Shown: piece by piece, positions 28,857 to 39,437 of the stretch
Layout: the number at the start of each line of letters is the position of its first letter
Position numbering within the stretch: position 1 is the first letter of the stretch
Assembly (NCBI GenBank): GCA_038247415.1
Contig: JBBRUX010000014.1
Location: 1 to 64,000, forward strand
DNA: 64,000 bases
Source: Chitinivibrionales bacterium
GTDB lineage: Bacteria > Fibrobacterota > Chitinivibrionia > Chitinivibrionales > WJKA01
Reading direction: 5' to 3'
Translations under genes and position numbers: made by a program
The notes under the pieces: generated by a model
Databases searched by the model: none
What the model was told of the DNA's origin: nothing
What the model saw: only the letters and a program-made list of their open reading frames with translations

Positions 28857-29960
28857 ATGAATACGATCAAGATAGCAGTCGTTGGTATTGGAAATTGTTG
28901 CAGTTCGCTTTTGCAGGGAATCGAATATTACAAAGATAAAACACCACAGGATGCAATAGGACTCATGCATTGGGATGTGGGCGGATATACCGCATCGGAT
29001 ATTTCTGTGGTTGCAGCGTTTGATATTGATGAGCGTAAAGTTGGCCTCGATGTCAATAAGGCTATTTTTGCAAAACCTAATTGTACCGCTGTTTTTTGCG
29101 AAAAAATGCCCAATGCAGGTGTAGCGGTTTCTATGGGCAAAGTACTTGATGGTGTTGCAGAACACATGAGTACCTACGAAGACGATTATACCTTTAAAGT
29201 TGCCACGACCCCAGAGCCCGATGCGCAGACCGTTGTAAACGAACTAAAAAAATCGGGTGCCGAAATGCTGGTTAATTATTTGCCCGTTGGCTCCGAAGAA
29301 GCAACGCGCTTTTATGCGCAGTGTGCGCTCGATGCTGGGATTGGTTTTATTAATAATATTCCTGTCTTTATAGCATCCGATCCTGTGTGGGCAAAAAAGT
29401 TTGCAGATAAGAAAATTCCCATTATTGGCGACGATATCAAGGCTCAGCTTGGTGCTACCATTACCCATCGTACCCTCACCGATCTTTTTAAAAAGCGCGG
29501 TGTCAAGCTCGAACGAACGTATCAGCTCAATACTGGCGGTAATACCGACTTTCTTAATATGCTTAACAGAAGCCGCCTTGCATCCAAAAAGACCTCCAAA
29601 ACCGAAGCTGTACAATCGGTTGCTGCCACTCGTTTAGACAATCGCAATATTCATGTAGGGCCATCGGATTATGTGCCATGGCAAAACGATCAGAAAGTGT
29701 GTTTTATCCGTATGGAAGGCAAGCTTTTTGGCGATATTCCCATGAACCTCGAATTGCGCCTCTCGGTAGAAGATTCGCCAAATTCTGCTGGCGTAGCTAT
29801 CGATTCAATCAGGTGTATGAAGCTTGCTCTCGATCGTAAAATCGGTGGAGTATTGTATTCGCCCGCATCGTATTTTCAAAAGCATCCACCGCGTCAGTAT
29901 ACCGATGAAGAAGCGCGTCTTTTAGTAGAAGATTTTATTGCAGGAAAACGGGATAACTAA
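28857..29960 (+). CDS. ino1: Myo-inositol-1-phosphate synthase (short bacterial/archaeal type)
   Basis: VVGIGNCCSSL, YLPVGSE, IIGDDIKAQLGAT, QLNTGGNTDF, EDSPNSAG. Confidence 0.92.
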   Translation: MNTIKIAVVGIGNCCSSLLQGIEYYKDKTPQDAIGLMHWDVGGYTASDISVVAAFDIDERKVGLDVNKAIFAKPNCTAVFCEKMPNAGVAVSMGKVLDGVAEHMSTYEDDYTFKVATTPEPDAQTVVNELKKSGAEMLVNYLPVGSEEATRFYAQCALDAGIGFINNIPVFIASDPVWAKKFADKKIPIIGDDIKAQLGATITHRTLTDLFKKRGVKLERTYQLNTGGNTDFLNMLNRSRLASKKTSKTEAVQSVAATRLDNRNIHVGPSDYVPWQNDQKVCFIRMEGKLFGDIPMNLELRLSVEDSPNSAGVAIDSIRCMKLALDRKIGGVLYSPASYFQKHPPRQYTDEEARLLVEDFIAGKRDN

Positions 29961-29992
29961 TTTTTTAACGTGCTTTTGCAAAGGACATTCAT

Positions 29993-31465
29993 GTGAAACG
30001 GCACAGTGGCATATTTCTCCATCCAACATCGCTTCCTTCACGCTATGGCGTTGGTGATTTTGGTGGCGGCGCATTTGGCTGGATCGATCTTTTGCATGCA
30101 CGAAAGCAAAGTGCGTGGCAGGTGTGCCCCTTGGGGCCAACGGGGTATGGAGATTCTCCCTATCAAACGCTGAGCTCGTTTGCAGGTAATACCTTACTTA
30201 TATCTCCCTCGCGACTTATTGAAGAAGGCCTTCTCGATAGTTCCGATGCTAAAGAATATCCCTTTTTATCAAGTTTTAAAGTTGACTTTGGGGCCGTCAT
30301 TAGTGCAAAAGAAGCGTTGCTGGATAAAGCGTGCGAGGCATTTATTGATTCCGAAGCTTTTTTAAATTTTTGCGATGAAGAGAAATTCTGGCTCGAAGAT
30401 TATTCGCTTTTTAGGGTCCTCAAAGAATTGCATAAAGGGGTATCATGGTTTGAGTGGAAGGCACCGTATAAATTAAGGTTTCCTGCTGCACTCGAAGATG
30501 TAAAGGGCTCGCACCGCAAAACAATACGAAATCATAAAGTAAAGCAATTCTTTTTCTATTCGCAATGGGCAAAACTCAAGGCGTATGCCAACGAAAAGGG
30601 CATAAAAGTTATTGGTGATGTGCCGTATTATGTCGCAAGCGATAGTGCGGATGCCTGGTCGATGCCCGATCTTTTCGAGCTCGATGAAGAAGGACGGCAA
30701 GTCCGGGTTGGGGGTGTTCCTCCAGACTACTTTTCTGTTACAGGACAACGTTGGGGAAATCCCATTTATAGATGGGATACCATGCGCGAAAACCGATACC
30801 ATTGGTGGGTCGGTCGTGTTCGTAAAGCTTTGTCACTCTTTGATACCATTCGCTTCGATCATTTTCGTGGGTTCGAATCGTTTTGGGCTATCCCGGCGCA
30901 ATGCAGCACGGCTATTGAAGGTATATGGGAGCCAGGACCGGGGATCGATTTTTTTGGCGTTTTAAAAGAAGATCTTGGGGCCTTGCCAGTTATTGCCGAA
31001 GATCTTGGCGATATAACGCCGCAGGTTCTCGAATTACGTAAAGCAACAGGTTTTCCTGGTATAAAGGTTCTGCAATTTGCTTTTGATGGCAATGCAGACA
31101 ACCCTTATTTGCCCTATAGCGTTTCTCCTAATAGCGTTATGTATACAGGAACGCACGATAACAATACTTCTTTGGGATGGTTCCTTAATTTGTCTCCCGT
31201 AGAAAAAGATCGCGTTTGTGAATATATCGGCTGTGGAAGTTACGATTTCCTAACGTCGTTTTTACGGACGGCCTATTCGTCGCCCGCAAACCTTTGTATT
31301 GTTCCTTTCCAAGATATTTTGGGGCTTGGAAGTGAGCACCGTCTCAATACCCCTGGTGTTGAACGAGCAAACTGGCAATGGCGATTTACAATGGATATGG
31401 TTACCGAAGATAAACTGAGGCTTTTAGAAGATTTCACGAGAATCTATGGACGTTTGCCCGGATAG
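29993..31465 (+). CDS. malQ: 4-alpha-glucanotransferase (GH77 amylomaltase)
   Basis: HPTSLP, DSPYQ, GVPPDYFS, RFDHFRGF, IAEDLG, YTGTHDN, NWQWR. Confidence 0.95.
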   Translation: MKRHSGIFLHPTSLPSRYGVGDFGGGAFGWIDLLHARKQSAWQVCPLGPTGYGDSPYQTLSSFAGNTLLISPSRLIEEGLLDSSDAKEYPFLSSFKVDFGAVISAKEALLDKACEAFIDSEAFLNFCDEEKFWLEDYSLFRVLKELHKGVSWFEWKAPYKLRFPAALEDVKGSHRKTIRNHKVKQFFFYSQWAKLKAYANEKGIKVIGDVPYYVASDSADAWSMPDLFELDEEGRQVRVGGVPPDYFSVTGQRWGNPIYRWDTMRENRYHWWVGRVRKALSLFDTIRFDHFRGFESFWAIPAQCSTAIEGIWEPGPGIDFFGVLKEDLGALPVIAEDLGDITPQVLELRKATGFPGIKVLQFAFDGNADNPYLPYSVSPNSVMYTGTHDNNTSLGWFLNLSPVEKDRVCEYIGCGSYDFLTSFLRTAYSSPANLCIVPFQDILGLGSEHRLNTPGVERANWQWRFTMDMVTEDKLRLLEDFTRIYGRLPG

Positions 31466-31583
31466 TTCCCCCTTTTCACGTTTTAAAAAAAGCAGATCAA
31501 TTGAAAAGGGGGCCGATTTCCTTAGAAAAGCCTACATTGTATCCCGCCTTCAAGTGTCTTTTCTTTTGTAAAATAAAAACACT

Positions 31584-32204
31584 TTATTGAACATGCTTAT
31601 TTGTTTGTCCACCAATTTTGTAAAAACCAGTATGCACTTCAACCGATTCATCGTCGAGCTTGAGTTCTGCGAGCTGCGCTTCAATTTTTTTAACACTTTC
31701 AGAATCGGGATGTTGTGCTCTTAGCAAAGCGCATTCTGTTTGAATAGCGAGAAATCGAACTTGCAGTGAAGTTGCCAATGCATTGCAATTAGTAGAAAGT
31801 TCTTTGAATTCATCTTTTTCACGAAAGCGAAGCTTAGCTGCAATATAGCCTTTTTTGAGAAGATCGGCCCATTGCTCTAGCTTGTATACAGGTACCGCAT
31901 ATTTACGCGATGCATAAAAACCAATACAGAGAGCAACCAAGAGATTAACCAGAACGCTCGCAATTAAACTAGGCAGTATAATAAATACAATATTTTCTCG
32001 CGGGGGAATATCAAGATTATGGTTGAGGATCACCCTATAAAAAGCCACGCTCTGGAATTTAATGAAATAGGTAACAAGCAGTATTGCCGAAGACGTAAGC
32101 GTTGCAATCAGCACAGCTACCATAATTTTTATGATAAGCCTGGTTTGCAAAGATTTCTTAATGAAAAAATTCCCGAGCGGTTTTCTTAAAGCATTTGTTA
32201 TCAT
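31584..32204 (-). CDS. Two-TM membrane protein with HAMP-like segment
   Basis: Two hydrophobic helices, then SRKYAVPVYKLEQ...KLRFREKDEFKEL; TTG start after SD GGAGG. Confidence 0.6.
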   Translation of the reverse strand: MITNALRKPLGNFFIKKSLQTRLIIKIMVAVLIATLTSSAILLVTYFIKFQSVAFYRVILNHNLDIPPRENIVFIILPSLIASVLVNLLVALCIGFYASRKYAVPVYKLEQWADLLKKGYIAAKLRFREKDEFKELSTNCNALATSLQVRFLAIQTECALLRAQHPDSESVKKIEAQLAELKLDDESVEVHTGFYKIGGQTNKHVQ

Positions 32205-32616
32205 CTGTAAGAACCTCCACGATATGGTCTAGGATTACTACTTTTATACAAGCATTGGTCAATAGTTGTTGCGCTGTATGGTGAAACTATTAAATTACGT
32301 TGCTCCTCTCATGGAGCAAAAAGCAGCCCGAATATACTGTCTTGTATAGAAATTTTCCTGTTTATAATACACATAATAGTATAAATCATGCCATTTAAAG
32401 GGGGGACTTAAGAAACGGTTGTTTGATTGCTTGCATTTCTAAATAAAGGCATTAAGTTAGGACGGCGAAGTGTTCTGTGCTTGGAAAATGCCAGGGCATG
32501 AGATTAATTTAAATGCATAGCCAAGTTTAGCTTAGATGCATAAGACACATTGGTCAAACAGTACATGCGCTCTATAAAAAGCGTGGAATCATTTTTTTGA
32601 TAAGGTTTTGCACTTC

Positions 32617-33669
32617 ATGAAGACATTGTTTGGCAGTTTATGCGTCAGTATCTGCTTGGGCTTCTTGGTGCCTAACTGCGTTTCCAAGGTGGAGCCATCT
32701 GATAAACTAATTCGGGAGATTGCCAATGCTGCAGCATTTGTCAATAAACAAAGTCCTTCGCAGAGTATTGCTGATGGCTCTGGTCTAGGTGCATTTATCG
32801 ATAGCGCATCAAGGCATTGTGGTAAACTTCTAGAATCTGCGCATTCTATGGATGACACTATTTCCTGTCTTGTAGCGTATGTCTACGATTCACTCAACAT
32901 TGGATTTGATTCGGGCTCAATAGCAATGGCTGCTTATTTTCCCTATGCAACACAGCTTCGTCACAAAGGGTCATGTGTTGGCGTTACTCTGCTCTGTGTT
33001 GCCCTTGGAGAGCGTCTTTGTATCCCGATTGTTGGTGTTGCTGCTCCGGGACACGTTTTTATGCGTATTGACAATGGAATCGTATCTCATAATCTCGAAC
33101 CAAATAGACATGGCTATCAGTATACCGATGATGAATATCGAGCTAAATATGCCATCGCCCCTGGTTCTTGGTATACCTTGAAGGCATTAACAAAAGAAAA
33201 TCTTGTGGGGATGCTCTGGTATGATATAGGTAACAGTTTCAAAGCAGCGGGGAATCTTATTGAGGCTATGCAATGCTATACGAAAGCGTATGAACGGTTT
33301 CCCGGGTTTGCAGAAGCTCTTGGGAATAATGCCCTGTGCCGGGCAGCATTGGGGGATGTTTCGGGTGCGCTTGCGTTACTTGAAAGGGCTGCTCAAAAAC
33401 GTCCTGATCTTGAGAATATTTATGCAAACTTGGGAACGCTTTATATTTCAAAAGGCGAAAATCGTAAGGCTTGCAGCGCCTTTGAAGAGGCTTTGCAACG
33501 AGATAAAAAGAGCGCATCGCTCTGGTATGGATATGCCCTTTCGCTTTCGGGACAGGAAATGCGAACCCAGGCGATCAACGCCGTGGATTCTGCTCTTGCT
33601 CTCGATTCGAAGTATGCACCGGCAGTCAACCTTAAAAGTCAATTAACATCACATGAACAATCTCGATAG
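32617..33669 (+). CDS. Exported transglutaminase-like (SirB1/Transglut_core2) domain plus TPR repeats
   Basis: KGSCVG...LGERLCIPIVGVAAPGHVFMR...NLEP, followed by 3-4 TPR motifs. Confidence 0.7.
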   Translation: MKTLFGSLCVSICLGFLVPNCVSKVEPSDKLIREIANAAAFVNKQSPSQSIADGSGLGAFIDSASRHCGKLLESAHSMDDTISCLVAYVYDSLNIGFDSGSIAMAAYFPYATQLRHKGSCVGVTLLCVALGERLCIPIVGVAAPGHVFMRIDNGIVSHNLEPNRHGYQYTDDEYRAKYAIAPGSWYTLKALTKENLVGMLWYDIGNSFKAAGNLIEAMQCYTKAYERFPGFAEALGNNALCRAALGDVSGALALLERAAQKRPDLENIYANLGTLYISKGENRKACSAFEEALQRDKKSASLWYGYALSLSGQEMRTQAINAVDSALALDSKYAPAVNLKSQLTSHEQSR

Positions 33670-35320
33670 GTTTAAACAAAAACCACCGCATCTGACAAAC
33701 CTCGATAGAATTGGGGTGTTCCTTTTTTGTAGCATGCTCATGTTTTTTATGTGGTATCCTCTTACCGATGCCGATATCTTTTGGCATTTAGCATCCGGGC
33801 GCGAGATGCTCCGCACGCACTCATTTTTGCACGTTGACCCCTTTTCATTTACACCGCGAGATCCGGTCTGGATCAATATTCATTGGCTTTTTCAGGTGTT
33901 GGTGTATGGCCTGTTTAAATGGGGGGGATATGGTGCGATTTTATGCGCCAAATGTTGTGGTATGGGCATTGGAGCATTCTTTCTCTGTCGTATTAGTAAA
34001 CAGAAGGGGGATGCATTCATAACGGGACTACTTCTGGTGGCATCTCTTTTTGTGATACGGTACGAGATCGATGCCCGGCCAATTGTAATAACCCTTGCAT
34101 GTATCGCACTCTTTATGTTTTGTCTTACTCGCTTTCGCTCCACCCGTTTTGTGCGCTATCTGGTCGTATTGCCTTTTGTAATGGTGATATGGGTAAATTG
34201 TCAAGGTCTTTATGTGCTTGGGATTGCTATACTAGGCTTTTATATGCTAGAAGATCTAGGAAAAAACATTGTTTCCAAAAAAGGTATTTCCAATTCGGTT
34301 CCACTTATTCTTGCACTACTTGGTGTTCTTGCTGCCTGTTGGATAAATCCTAATGGACTTGACGGGGTATTATATGCGCACCGGATATTTGCTCGAATAG
34401 ATCCCTCGTTAAAAAATATTTTCTCCGAAAATGTTTCAGAAAACATGCCCCTCTTAAAGCTCTGGGGTACCGATCCCTTTAGGGTAATGGTGGTATTGGT
34501 CTTTGCAGGTGCGTATGGAGTTATGGGCTTTTTTGCTCGCAAGAAAAGTGGGTGGGCCGAACATGCAATAGTAATTTCCTTTTTTATTCTTGCACTCATG
34601 GCTTCTCGCAATACCGCTCTTTTCTTTTGGGTGGCTGCACCTTCCAGTGCGGTTGCATGCGGTTCCTTGGTGCGCAACAACAGTAGCGTACGTCAAGGCG
34701 TGGTCACGTGGTCAGGCGTTTGGGTGGTTGTTATAGGTACCGTTTTGGTACTTTTTTTGGTTTTGCATTTCATGATGCTCTCGATGCTTCCAAAAGGCCG
34801 GTGTGTTGCACCTTTTCGGTTTCCCGAAAAGGCAATTGAGTATATGAAAATTCATGACTATTCTGGTAATGTATTTAATACCGATCGGTATGGGGGATAT
34901 CTGTTGTGGCAGATGTACCCGCCTGTTAAGGATTTTATCGATGGGCGCTTTATTCTTCGGTCACCTGCTTTTTTTGCGGAGTACCTGAACATTCTCGATT
35001 CGCCACAAGTTTTTGAGGCCGTTGCAAAAAAATTCTCGCTTGGGGCGGTGCTTATTCAAACAGCATATTTCCCAAGATATTTGCCTTTGGCGCGTAATGT
35101 GTATCATTCTAAAGAATGGAAGCTTGTGTATACCGATGGGGCGAGTTGCCTATTCTATAAGGTCTCATCATCGAATGTCCAAGCAATACAGCTCGAATCA
35201 TCAATGACAGTCGATTCTTTAGCGGTTGCTGCGGCTACGAGCTGGCCGGAGGCTAGCCCCTTACGCGCAGAAGCTATAAGGCATATTTATAATTTGGCCA
35301 ACTATTTAACGAAGCCATAG
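33653..35320 (+). CDS. Polytopic membrane protein, GT-C glycosyltransferase-like
   Basis: About 11 hydrophobic segments; first loop DADIFWHLASGR...DPFSFT..W...HWLFQ; WVNCQG, INPNG; soluble C-terminal GGYLLW...FIDGR. Confidence 0.6.
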   Translation: MNNLDRFKQKPPHLTNLDRIGVFLFCSMLMFFMWYPLTDADIFWHLASGREMLRTHSFLHVDPFSFTPRDPVWINIHWLFQVLVYGLFKWGGYGAILCAKCCGMGIGAFFLCRISKQKGDAFITGLLLVASLFVIRYEIDARPIVITLACIALFMFCLTRFRSTRFVRYLVVLPFVMVIWVNCQGLYVLGIAILGFYMLEDLGKNIVSKKGISNSVPLILALLGVLAACWINPNGLDGVLYAHRIFARIDPSLKNIFSENVSENMPLLKLWGTDPFRVMVVLVFAGAYGVMGFFARKKSGWAEHAIVISFFILALMASRNTALFFWVAAPSSAVACGSLVRNNSSVRQGVVTWSGVWVVVIGTVLVLFLVLHFMMLSMLPKGRCVAPFRFPEKAIEYMKIHDYSGNVFNTDRYGGYLLWQMYPPVKDFIDGRFILRSPAFFAEYLNILDSPQVFEAVAKKFSLGAVLIQTAYFPRYLPLARNVYHSKEWKLVYTDGASCLFYKVSSSNVQAIQLESSMTVDSLAVAAATSWPEASPLRAEAIRHIYNLANYLTKP

Positions 35321-35432
35321 GTAAAAAAAGATCAATCACAAGCAGAATGAGTGCAAATGTTATATTTTTTAAAGCATTAAAATTAGGTTTATCGAGTCGA
35401 TTCATTTTTTCACCATTTTGTGAGGGGGATCT

Positions 35433-36467
35433 ATGCAGATTCGAGGATTGATTTTGGCAGGTGTCATCCTTGGCAGTGCAACACTGGCTGCTGCACAGGA
35501 AGCTCCACTTGGTTCTGCAACAAAGGCAGAACCAGCAGAGCAAAAAGCGCTTGATGCTTTTAAAGGCAAAGTTAAGGGTAAAATTGTTTGGTCTTCTTCA
35601 CGTGCAAATTCAAAGCACGATATTTGGATTATGAATGCAGATGGGACAGAACAGAAGCCATTGACAACAGGTGGACACCTCGATTGGTTCCCACGTTTTT
35701 CTCCCGATGGTCAGAAAGTGATCTTTACTCGTAGCAAAATGGGCTGGGTTCCAGAAATGCAAGCCGAGTTTTTTGACAAGTGGGATGTTTGGACAGTTAA
35801 CGTCGATGGTACTGGCGAAACTAAAGTTGCCTCAGATGCAGTATGGGGAACCTGGCGTCCATCCGGTGATTCTATTGTTTTTGCTCGCGGTCCAAAAGTT
35901 TTTATAAAGAAACTTGGGGAAGAGTCCGACAAAGAACTTTTTGATGCAGATGTTGTTATCAAAAAAGGTGCAGTTGCGCAACAGCCAGAACTTTCTCCTT
36001 CTGGGAAATTTCTTGCTATGACCGTTCGTGGTACCGTTCGCAAAACAGCAATTTACAATGTGGAAAAGAAAATACTTAACGGTATGGGTGGTGGTTGCGA
36101 AATAACTTTTGTTCCTGGCGAAAAGAAAGCTCTTCGTATGAATGAAGGCCATGGCAACGGTGGTACAGAAGTTCTTCAAATCGAGCTTGATGCCGATGGT
36201 AAAGCAATTGGCAATGTAGAAGCTTTGGCCATCCCAAAAGAAATGAAGTTCATGGATCTTCCTGGTCGTCGTTCGCATGAATACTTTCCTCATCTCAATA
36301 AAACAGGTGAGTATATGGTATGGGGCGCAAGCCGTGGTGATCACGAGCATGATGTTTCTGACTACGATATTTATATCTGGAAGTTGGGAACCAACGCCGA
36401 CAAAGATTTTGTCCGCTTGACATTCCATAGCGGCAACGATCGTTGGCCAGATCTGTTTCTTGAATAA
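35433..36467 (+). CDS. Periplasmic TolB-like (PD40 repeat) protein
   Basis: Signal peptide; DIWIMNADG, FPRFSPDGQKVIF, PELSPSGK, RLTFHSGNDRWPD. Confidence 0.8.
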   Translation: MQIRGLILAGVILGSATLAAAQEAPLGSATKAEPAEQKALDAFKGKVKGKIVWSSSRANSKHDIWIMNADGTEQKPLTTGGHLDWFPRFSPDGQKVIFTRSKMGWVPEMQAEFFDKWDVWTVNVDGTGETKVASDAVWGTWRPSGDSIVFARGPKVFIKKLGEESDKELFDADVVIKKGAVAQQPELSPSGKFLAMTVRGTVRKTAIYNVEKKILNGMGGGCEITFVPGEKKALRMNEGHGNGGTEVLQIELDADGKAIGNVEALAIPKEMKFMDLPGRRSHEYFPHLNKTGEYMVWGASRGDHEHDVSDYDIYIWKLGTNADKDFVRLTFHSGNDRWPDLFLE

Positions 36468-36500
36468 GATCTGATACCAGAGTCGGAATTGAGTTTTGTA

Positions 36501-36540
36501 AAGAGCCTGCTATCTGTTTAGGTAGCGGGCTCTTCTTTTA
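36501..36540 (+). terminator. Intrinsic terminator
   Basis: AAGAGCCTGCTATCT...AGGTAGCGGGCTCTT stem (with G-U pairs), followed by CTTTT. Confidence 0.75.
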
Positions 36541-36592
36541 TTAGATGGACGGCTAAAGTAAAGCGATAGTTGCTCCACTATTCAGGCACTAC

Positions 36593-37130
36593 CTAATCGA
36601 TTTTTTGCTCCACAATTGTTACCACATTGCCTGCCAGGTAGAGGGGGATTGGACAACAAGCCCAGCAGCTATAAGCCAGTCTAGTGGGGCGGCAAGTTAT
36701 GCGGGAATGGCCTTAAATACGCGTTCAATTGAGAGGGCATTGGTTTTACCCGAATGCTTTGCCATGTCGGCACAGTAATCAGTAATGAGCTCATATTGAC
36801 GATGACGAACTTTTTCACTTGCAGCTAAATGCTCATCTTTTGTATTTACAAAGAGGTCGACAATTTCGGGCATACCGCCGCAGATAAGGTATCGCTGATA
36901 AATTGCCCAAAATTGGTTGTGCATCATATCGTCAAGGCGCTCAAACGCCGTGAGTGCATGAGGACCCCGGAGTTGCGCAAGAAAATCCGCAGCCTGTTCT
37001 TCCCCCAAGGCCCAGCAAAATTCTTCGAAATCCATGTTTTGCCGACTTGTCGTGCACCATGAAAAATTAAGGGCTTGCGTTTTTCAGCCTGCTTCCACGC
37101 AAGAAGGGCATCAATAATTTTTCGATTCAT
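36593..37130 (-). pseudogene. Eroded AAA_14/DUF4143-family ATP-binding protein
   Basis: Ordered fragments RKPLIFHGARQVGKTW | MDFEEFCWALGE...YLICGGMPE...IPA*LA | APLDWLIAAGLV | IPLYLAG in different frames; about 540 bp remain. Confidence 0.8.
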
Positions 37131-37229
37131 GTAAGAACATAACTTATTCGTACCAATAAGTTGCGACCATGTAGCTTATTCCTACAAAAAATAATGACAA
37201 GCACTCATTTTAGGATATGGAGCATATTA

Positions 37230-39104
37230 CTATTCTACCACCACAGGCCCATTCCATTCATTTTCATTGCCGTGGATATCTGTTCTCTCAAAACTCAGCA
37301 TAATTCCCCAGGCTGCGCCGTTATTGGTGCCAAGCGCACATATAAATTCGTGATCGCCTTTTTCAAACGCATAAGGAATAACGGCATCTTCTGGCGAAAC
37401 AGGATTGATGCCTTCGGGGTTGAAATGAATTTCCTTTTTATCAACCCATATCTTGACTGGGCCATCATAGCCACAACGAATAGTAGTGTGCATAGGCTCA
37501 TGGCAGCGCACGGTTGTGATAAAATAAAACAGCAGATCCGTAATTCCCTGTTTGACAATTTCGGGGCGCATCGAGCACAGGGCACCTTTGAAGGATATTG
37601 GACGAAGTTCTAATGAACTGATTTCTGGACAAGAGAGATCGTGAAGTTTGCCAGCAGAGGGCAAAAAAGTTGATACTCTAAAGAAGCGTATGTGTGGAGC
37701 TGCGGGGAGTGATCCTATCTTTATAGGCCCAAAAACAGGAAGTGGACGCTTGGAAGAATCGCAGATGGTACAGATCGGGTGCGTACCTTGGCCATAATGA
37801 AGAAACATGCGCTCCACTTCTCCTACGGGATAAAAGGTTCGGCATATAATTGTGGAGCCTTCTATATCTGTTTTGTAAATAATAAGATCATCAATCAAAT
37901 AAGGCATTTCTACAATACTGAATCCATGCGGTTTTCCGTCCGAACGCAACGTTCCTGATACATTGGTAAAGGTGATATACACATCGGCCAGCCCATTGAA
38001 AGGGTTTTTCCGAATAGACACGGACGCACATTCGATGGGAGGTGTTTCGGTGGAATTTTTATAGTAAAGCGCCCTGGCAGCCTGTGCCAAACGCGCGCCA
38101 ACTTTGGCCTGATCTTTTCCGCTTATGTGTACATAATCATCCAGATCGAGGTCGATAGTGGAAATTGTTAAAAGATTGGGAATGACCTTGGGCAAAAGGC
38201 GCTGCTGCTCCTGGATCGAATTCCAAAATATGCCGCTAGTGCCTGTATTGCTAAACGATTGCGCAATTTGCGCCATAACAAAAGGCATTTTGGGATTGTT
38301 ACAATGAAATCTTATCGCGTCAACAAAGGTTTTCATACGGCTTGAATAAAGTGCAACGTCTGTGGCGTCTTCGGTGTCGGAGCATCCTTGATACCATGCA
38401 ACACCTGCAATGGAACCCCCATTTTTTCTGATACGTCGCATGGTGGCCCCAAAAAGACTTTCGCCTTCTTTAGTGATAAGTGCAGGATCCCATTGGGTCA
38501 TTTTGGTTCCGCCATGAGCGCATGGGATGAGACCTTGGGGTATTCCTGTTGCTGCAAAAAGCTCCTGACCAAACGCAACACCAGGGCCGCATCCTAGGTG
38601 ATCTGGCATCCATTTCACCGCATTAAAGGAGTTGATGAGCGTCCGGTGAATAGAGTCCTGGGCTGTGTCTGTGGTGTGAATGGGATCTTCTGCCTTCTCC
38701 CAGATATCAGACATGGAAAACGCGCGAACTGTTTCGATGGCTGGCAGCTTTCCCGATATGTATCCAAACCCCTCCATGTTGGATTGCCCAGCTAAAACCC
38801 AAATATCCCCAACATACACATTGCTACAAGTTATAGAGCGGTTTGATGGTTGATTGCTTATTCCAAGTTCTATGGTATAGGGGCCTCCAACCGGGATTCC
38901 GCAAAGGTCTAAACTAAAAGAGCCATTGACCGCTTTTCCTAAAGCAATCCCACTCAATTGGCGTAATGGTACCTCGTTAAGCTTTACGGTAACTATAATG
39001 TCGCCATCCACGCAAGATGTTCCCTGTATCGTGGCACGGGATACATTCTGTGGTGTGCGCTGAAGGACCATTCCAGTAAAGAGACCAGATGCAATTGATA
39101 TCAA
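37230..39104 (-). CDS. Sialate/carbohydrate O-acetylesterase (SASA, SGNH) domain protein
   Basis: GDIWVLAGQSNM, CAHGGT, WYQGCSD, DDYVH. Confidence 0.82.
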   Translation of the reverse strand: MISIASGLFTGMVLQRTPQNVSRATIQGTSCVDGDIIVTVKLNEVPLRQLSGIALGKAVNGSFSLDLCGIPVGGPYTIELGISNQPSNRSITCSNVYVGDIWVLAGQSNMEGFGYISGKLPAIETVRAFSMSDIWEKAEDPIHTTDTAQDSIHRTLINSFNAVKWMPDHLGCGPGVAFGQELFAATGIPQGLIPCAHGGTKMTQWDPALITKEGESLFGATMRRIRKNGGSIAGVAWYQGCSDTEDATDVALYSSRMKTFVDAIRFHCNNPKMPFVMAQIAQSFSNTGTSGIFWNSIQEQQRLLPKVIPNLLTISTIDLDLDDYVHISGKDQAKVGARLAQAARALYYKNSTETPPIECASVSIRKNPFNGLADVYITFTNVSGTLRSDGKPHGFSIVEMPYLIDDLIIYKTDIEGSTIICRTFYPVGEVERMFLHYGQGTHPICTICDSSKRPLPVFGPIKIGSLPAAPHIRFFRVSTFLPSAGKLHDLSCPEISSLELRPISFKGALCSMRPEIVKQGITDLLFYFITTVRCHEPMHTTIRCGYDGPVKIWVDKKEIHFNPEGINPVSPEDAVIPYAFEKGDHEFICALGTNNGAAWGIMLSFERTDIHGNENEWNGPVVVE

Positions 39105-39344
39105 GAACGTACTCCTTATGTAAATTGACTAAAAAAATGCGAACAAAAAAGTGCACAAAGCCTTATCTGGCTTATAAAATATGACACGCCACAGTGTATG
39201 CAGGAAAAAGGTTTCCCTCAATCCATTATAGAGTGCTGAGCATATGCAATGCCCCACAATGTGGTATAAACCCCTGGTATTGGAGAAGTATCATAGCGGG
39301 AAATTAATGTCAATAAAAAAAGCATGGTTAAAAAAAATAAACAA

Positions 39345-39373
39345 TTGACTTTTTATACCATAAAAAGTATTCT
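39345..39373 (+). promoter_or_regulatory. Sigma70-type promoter with overlapping palindromic operator
   Basis: TTGACT-N17-TATTCT; ACTTTTTAT-acc-ATAAAAAGT (39348-39368) spans the spacer. Confidence 0.6.
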
Positions 39374-39437
39374 TAGGTATTGATAACACTATAGATAGGG
39401 TGATCATCTGTTGCAATCTTGGTTTTTTGGGGGTGTA

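Noticed and set aside
30870..30879. GGTTCGAATC tRNA T-loop-like motif
   Set aside because: It lies within malQ codons (RGFES) and no cloverleaf can be built.
32378..32393. Sigma54-like TGGCATG on the minus strand
   Set aside because: The -12 element reads AC rather than the conserved GC.
35832..36428. Long antisense ORFs (this one, also 54965-55528, 57572-58195 and 62635-63174 in an alternative frame)
   Set aside because: They shadow well-supported genes and have no protein-family motifs.
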